This document shows, piece after piece, positions 34,201 to 35,768 of a DNA stretch of 35,768 nucleotides. Origin of the DNA: Lenisia limosa (taxonomy: Eukaryota > Protista > Breviatea). Numbering within the stretch: the stretch's first letter is position 1; every line of letters begins with the position of its first letter. Below the pieces are notes generated by a model. That model saw only the letters and a program-made list of their open reading frames with translations. It was not told where the DNA came from and ran no database searches. The position numbers and the translations under genes are program-made. The stretch spans positions 1-35,768 of the forward strand of contig LPNZ01010155.1 of NCBI GenBank assembly GCA_001655205.1, written 5' to 3'.

Positions 34201-34766
34201 ACGATGTCAACGACAGAAACATCATTGCTAACATACTCGCAACTTTGTCGCCAGTAAGCTACTGAGCTTTGTCTCTCCCCTTTTACCATTACAAAACCTG
34301 ACTTTCTCAGTCTGAAGCAATGAACTTTCTCGGTACCTACGGCCCTTTGTGAGAGGGGAACAGCATGTTTACGATTCATGTAGTATTTCTCATTTTGCAG
34401 CCCGCTTCTTGACCAGACACTTGCATCCTTATTTTCCCCTCCCTGCGCCTCTTCCGTCCAAGGGTCCTACCAGGCTTTAGTCGATTCATTCCCTGACGTA
34501 GGTCCTTTCCTTAGACAATATGCTTGTCATACTGTCAAATAGTGAATGTCTCACTGTTCTAAGGATTTCCCCATTCCTGTTGCAATTTGGCACAAAGCAG
34601 TCCAATCCATGGTTCATGAAGCCGGTTGGTGGTCATCATATGCCTTGGTTCAAATGAACAGTATTGTAATGTCGTAGGACCAGATGGACTTGAAGATTTG
34701 CATAGCGCAACTCTCAGTCACGTAACTACCCGAGCTATTCCCAACTATCACAACATCGAAGTTTAG
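28257..34766 (+). CDS. Gamma-secretase-activating protein (GSAP/pigeon)-like, many exons, two N gaps
   Basis: Exon fragments HQNIISADVSGDAK, WLVWHHVDLREKKVYF, GSTLFCYW, YLDCIVILLPGVYFR|VVDPGHP and YQAL..FPD|DFPIP occur in the same order as recalled GSAP blocks (V.S.SVN.E, FVWAQWD..EQRLYY, GSLCVCY, LDYYVAVYLPGHF, Y.A...FPLP). Ends IPNYHNIEV*. Start at 28257 or 28305. Confidence 0.6.
33324..33499. repeat. Imperfect terminal inverted repeat pair in GSAP-like intron (MITE-like)
   Basis: TTCTTGAAGCTTTTGGAC (33324-33341) versus GTCCAAAAGCTTCTAGAA (33482-33499), 17/18 inverted match. Confidence 0.7.
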
Positions 34767-34886
34767 AATCTGAAATGTTTTGTATTGTTCTACTATTTGA
34801 AGTTTTGATCTCTTTTTCTGATTTTAGTATTTTTTATTTGTGCTATTGATATAGTGAGGTACTAGTGACGAAGTTCTGCATATAAC

Positions 34887-35302
34887 CTATGTGTATTCTT
34901 CATAATCCACAGATTCAAGCTCAGGACTCTTGATGAGTGCAACTATTATATCTCTGTTTTTTTCTAAAGAGGAAAAAACTTCATAATAACATAAAGGAGT
35001 ATTACAGACTCTTGAAGCAATGTCGGAGGCCAGAATATGAAAGCAAGATGTCTCTCCTCCTATTCATCGTCATCATTTTCACTCTCACTTTCACTAAACT
35101 TCCTCCTAAATTGGTCAGCTTCTCCTCCATCACAAATTATACCCTGATATTCTTATTATTTCTTGTTTCAAAAAACATAAACGCCACACTCCTACGAAAA
35201 AATTCCCTTCATGTTATAATGGTTGCTTCTGTTTTTTGCAAAGTCCTTCTGAGAGATCTTGGGTTTGTCTTCTTCTTCACTTGACTCTTCTAAAACAATC
35301 AT
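34887..35302 (-). CDS. Possible hypothetical acidic protein, frame unresolved
   Basis: Fragments MIVLEESSEEEDKPKISQKDF, GIICDGGEADQFRRKFSESESENDDDE and RDIIVALIKSPELESVDYEEYT*. I could not join them without a stop or frameshift. Confidence 0.3.
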
Positions 35303-35768
35303 CGAATGTTTTAAAAAACTGAAGATAACAAAGAAAACTAAATCAGGTGTCTAAAGGTCTCGGATTTCTGAAGTACACTATTCTTTTTTGCGTGTCATAT
35401 TAAACATGATGCCATTTTTGCCTATTTCACAAAAACACGTGGATCTAGAATCCATAATTGAGGTGTTCCGATGCATTTAGTTTATGTTAATTAAGGTTCC
35501 GTCATTAATAGCTTTTAATAGCTTTTAATAGTGTATTTATTTCTCATAGCTATATGTAGAGCATATATATGAGATATTTTTTCTTCGACAGATCTTCGAT
35601 AAATATCCATATTAAACCAGTCTTTTCGGACCGGAGGGAAGCCCTATAATAAGCGTGATGGTCTGGACGGCTTCGTCAGATAAACCTTGCTTCATTTGTC
35701 ATCTAGATTATATGCGTCCGTTCAAAATTCCGGTTTTTTTGCCAATTCCGGTTTTTAGACAATCTTGA

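Noticed and set aside
3265-34766. Alternative nuclear genetic code (TAA/TAG as Gln)
   Set aside because: Conserved genes end at the expected positions with TAG (DDX39, TMEM216) or TAA (ACSBG, phosphatase, SNARE), and I saw no in-frame TAA/TAG in conserved exons.

Overview
Gene-dense genomic DNA from an intron-rich unicellular eukaryote. It uses the standard genetic code (TAA, TAG and TGA all appear as stops), mostly 27-110 nt GT-AG introns, and contains seven N gaps. The supplied ORF track is largely misleading because the genes are spliced. Manual exon joining gives, in order: a large secreted Cys-rich repeat protein (-, runs off the window start, absent from the ORF track); DDX39/UAP56 (+); a bubblegum-type long-chain acyl-CoA synthetase (+); TMEM216-like (-); an orphan protein with an acidic C-terminus (-); an EF-hand protein (+); a histidine acid phosphatase (-); a SNAP-25-like Qbc SNARE (+); a TTLL5-like tubulin polyglutamylase (-); a GSAP/pigeon-like protein (+); and a weak terminal ORF (-). 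Most long introns hold small repeat or inverted-repeat elements, three of which recur within the window. I saw no prokaryotic features, CRISPR array, tRNA or rRNA. Family assignments rest on motifs recalled from memory, not on database searches, and internal exon boundaries are manual inferences. I found no clearly new multi-gene system. The best leads are the Cys-rich surface protein, the intron-resident repeat families, a SNARE with a non-canonical zero layer and the compact intron architecture.
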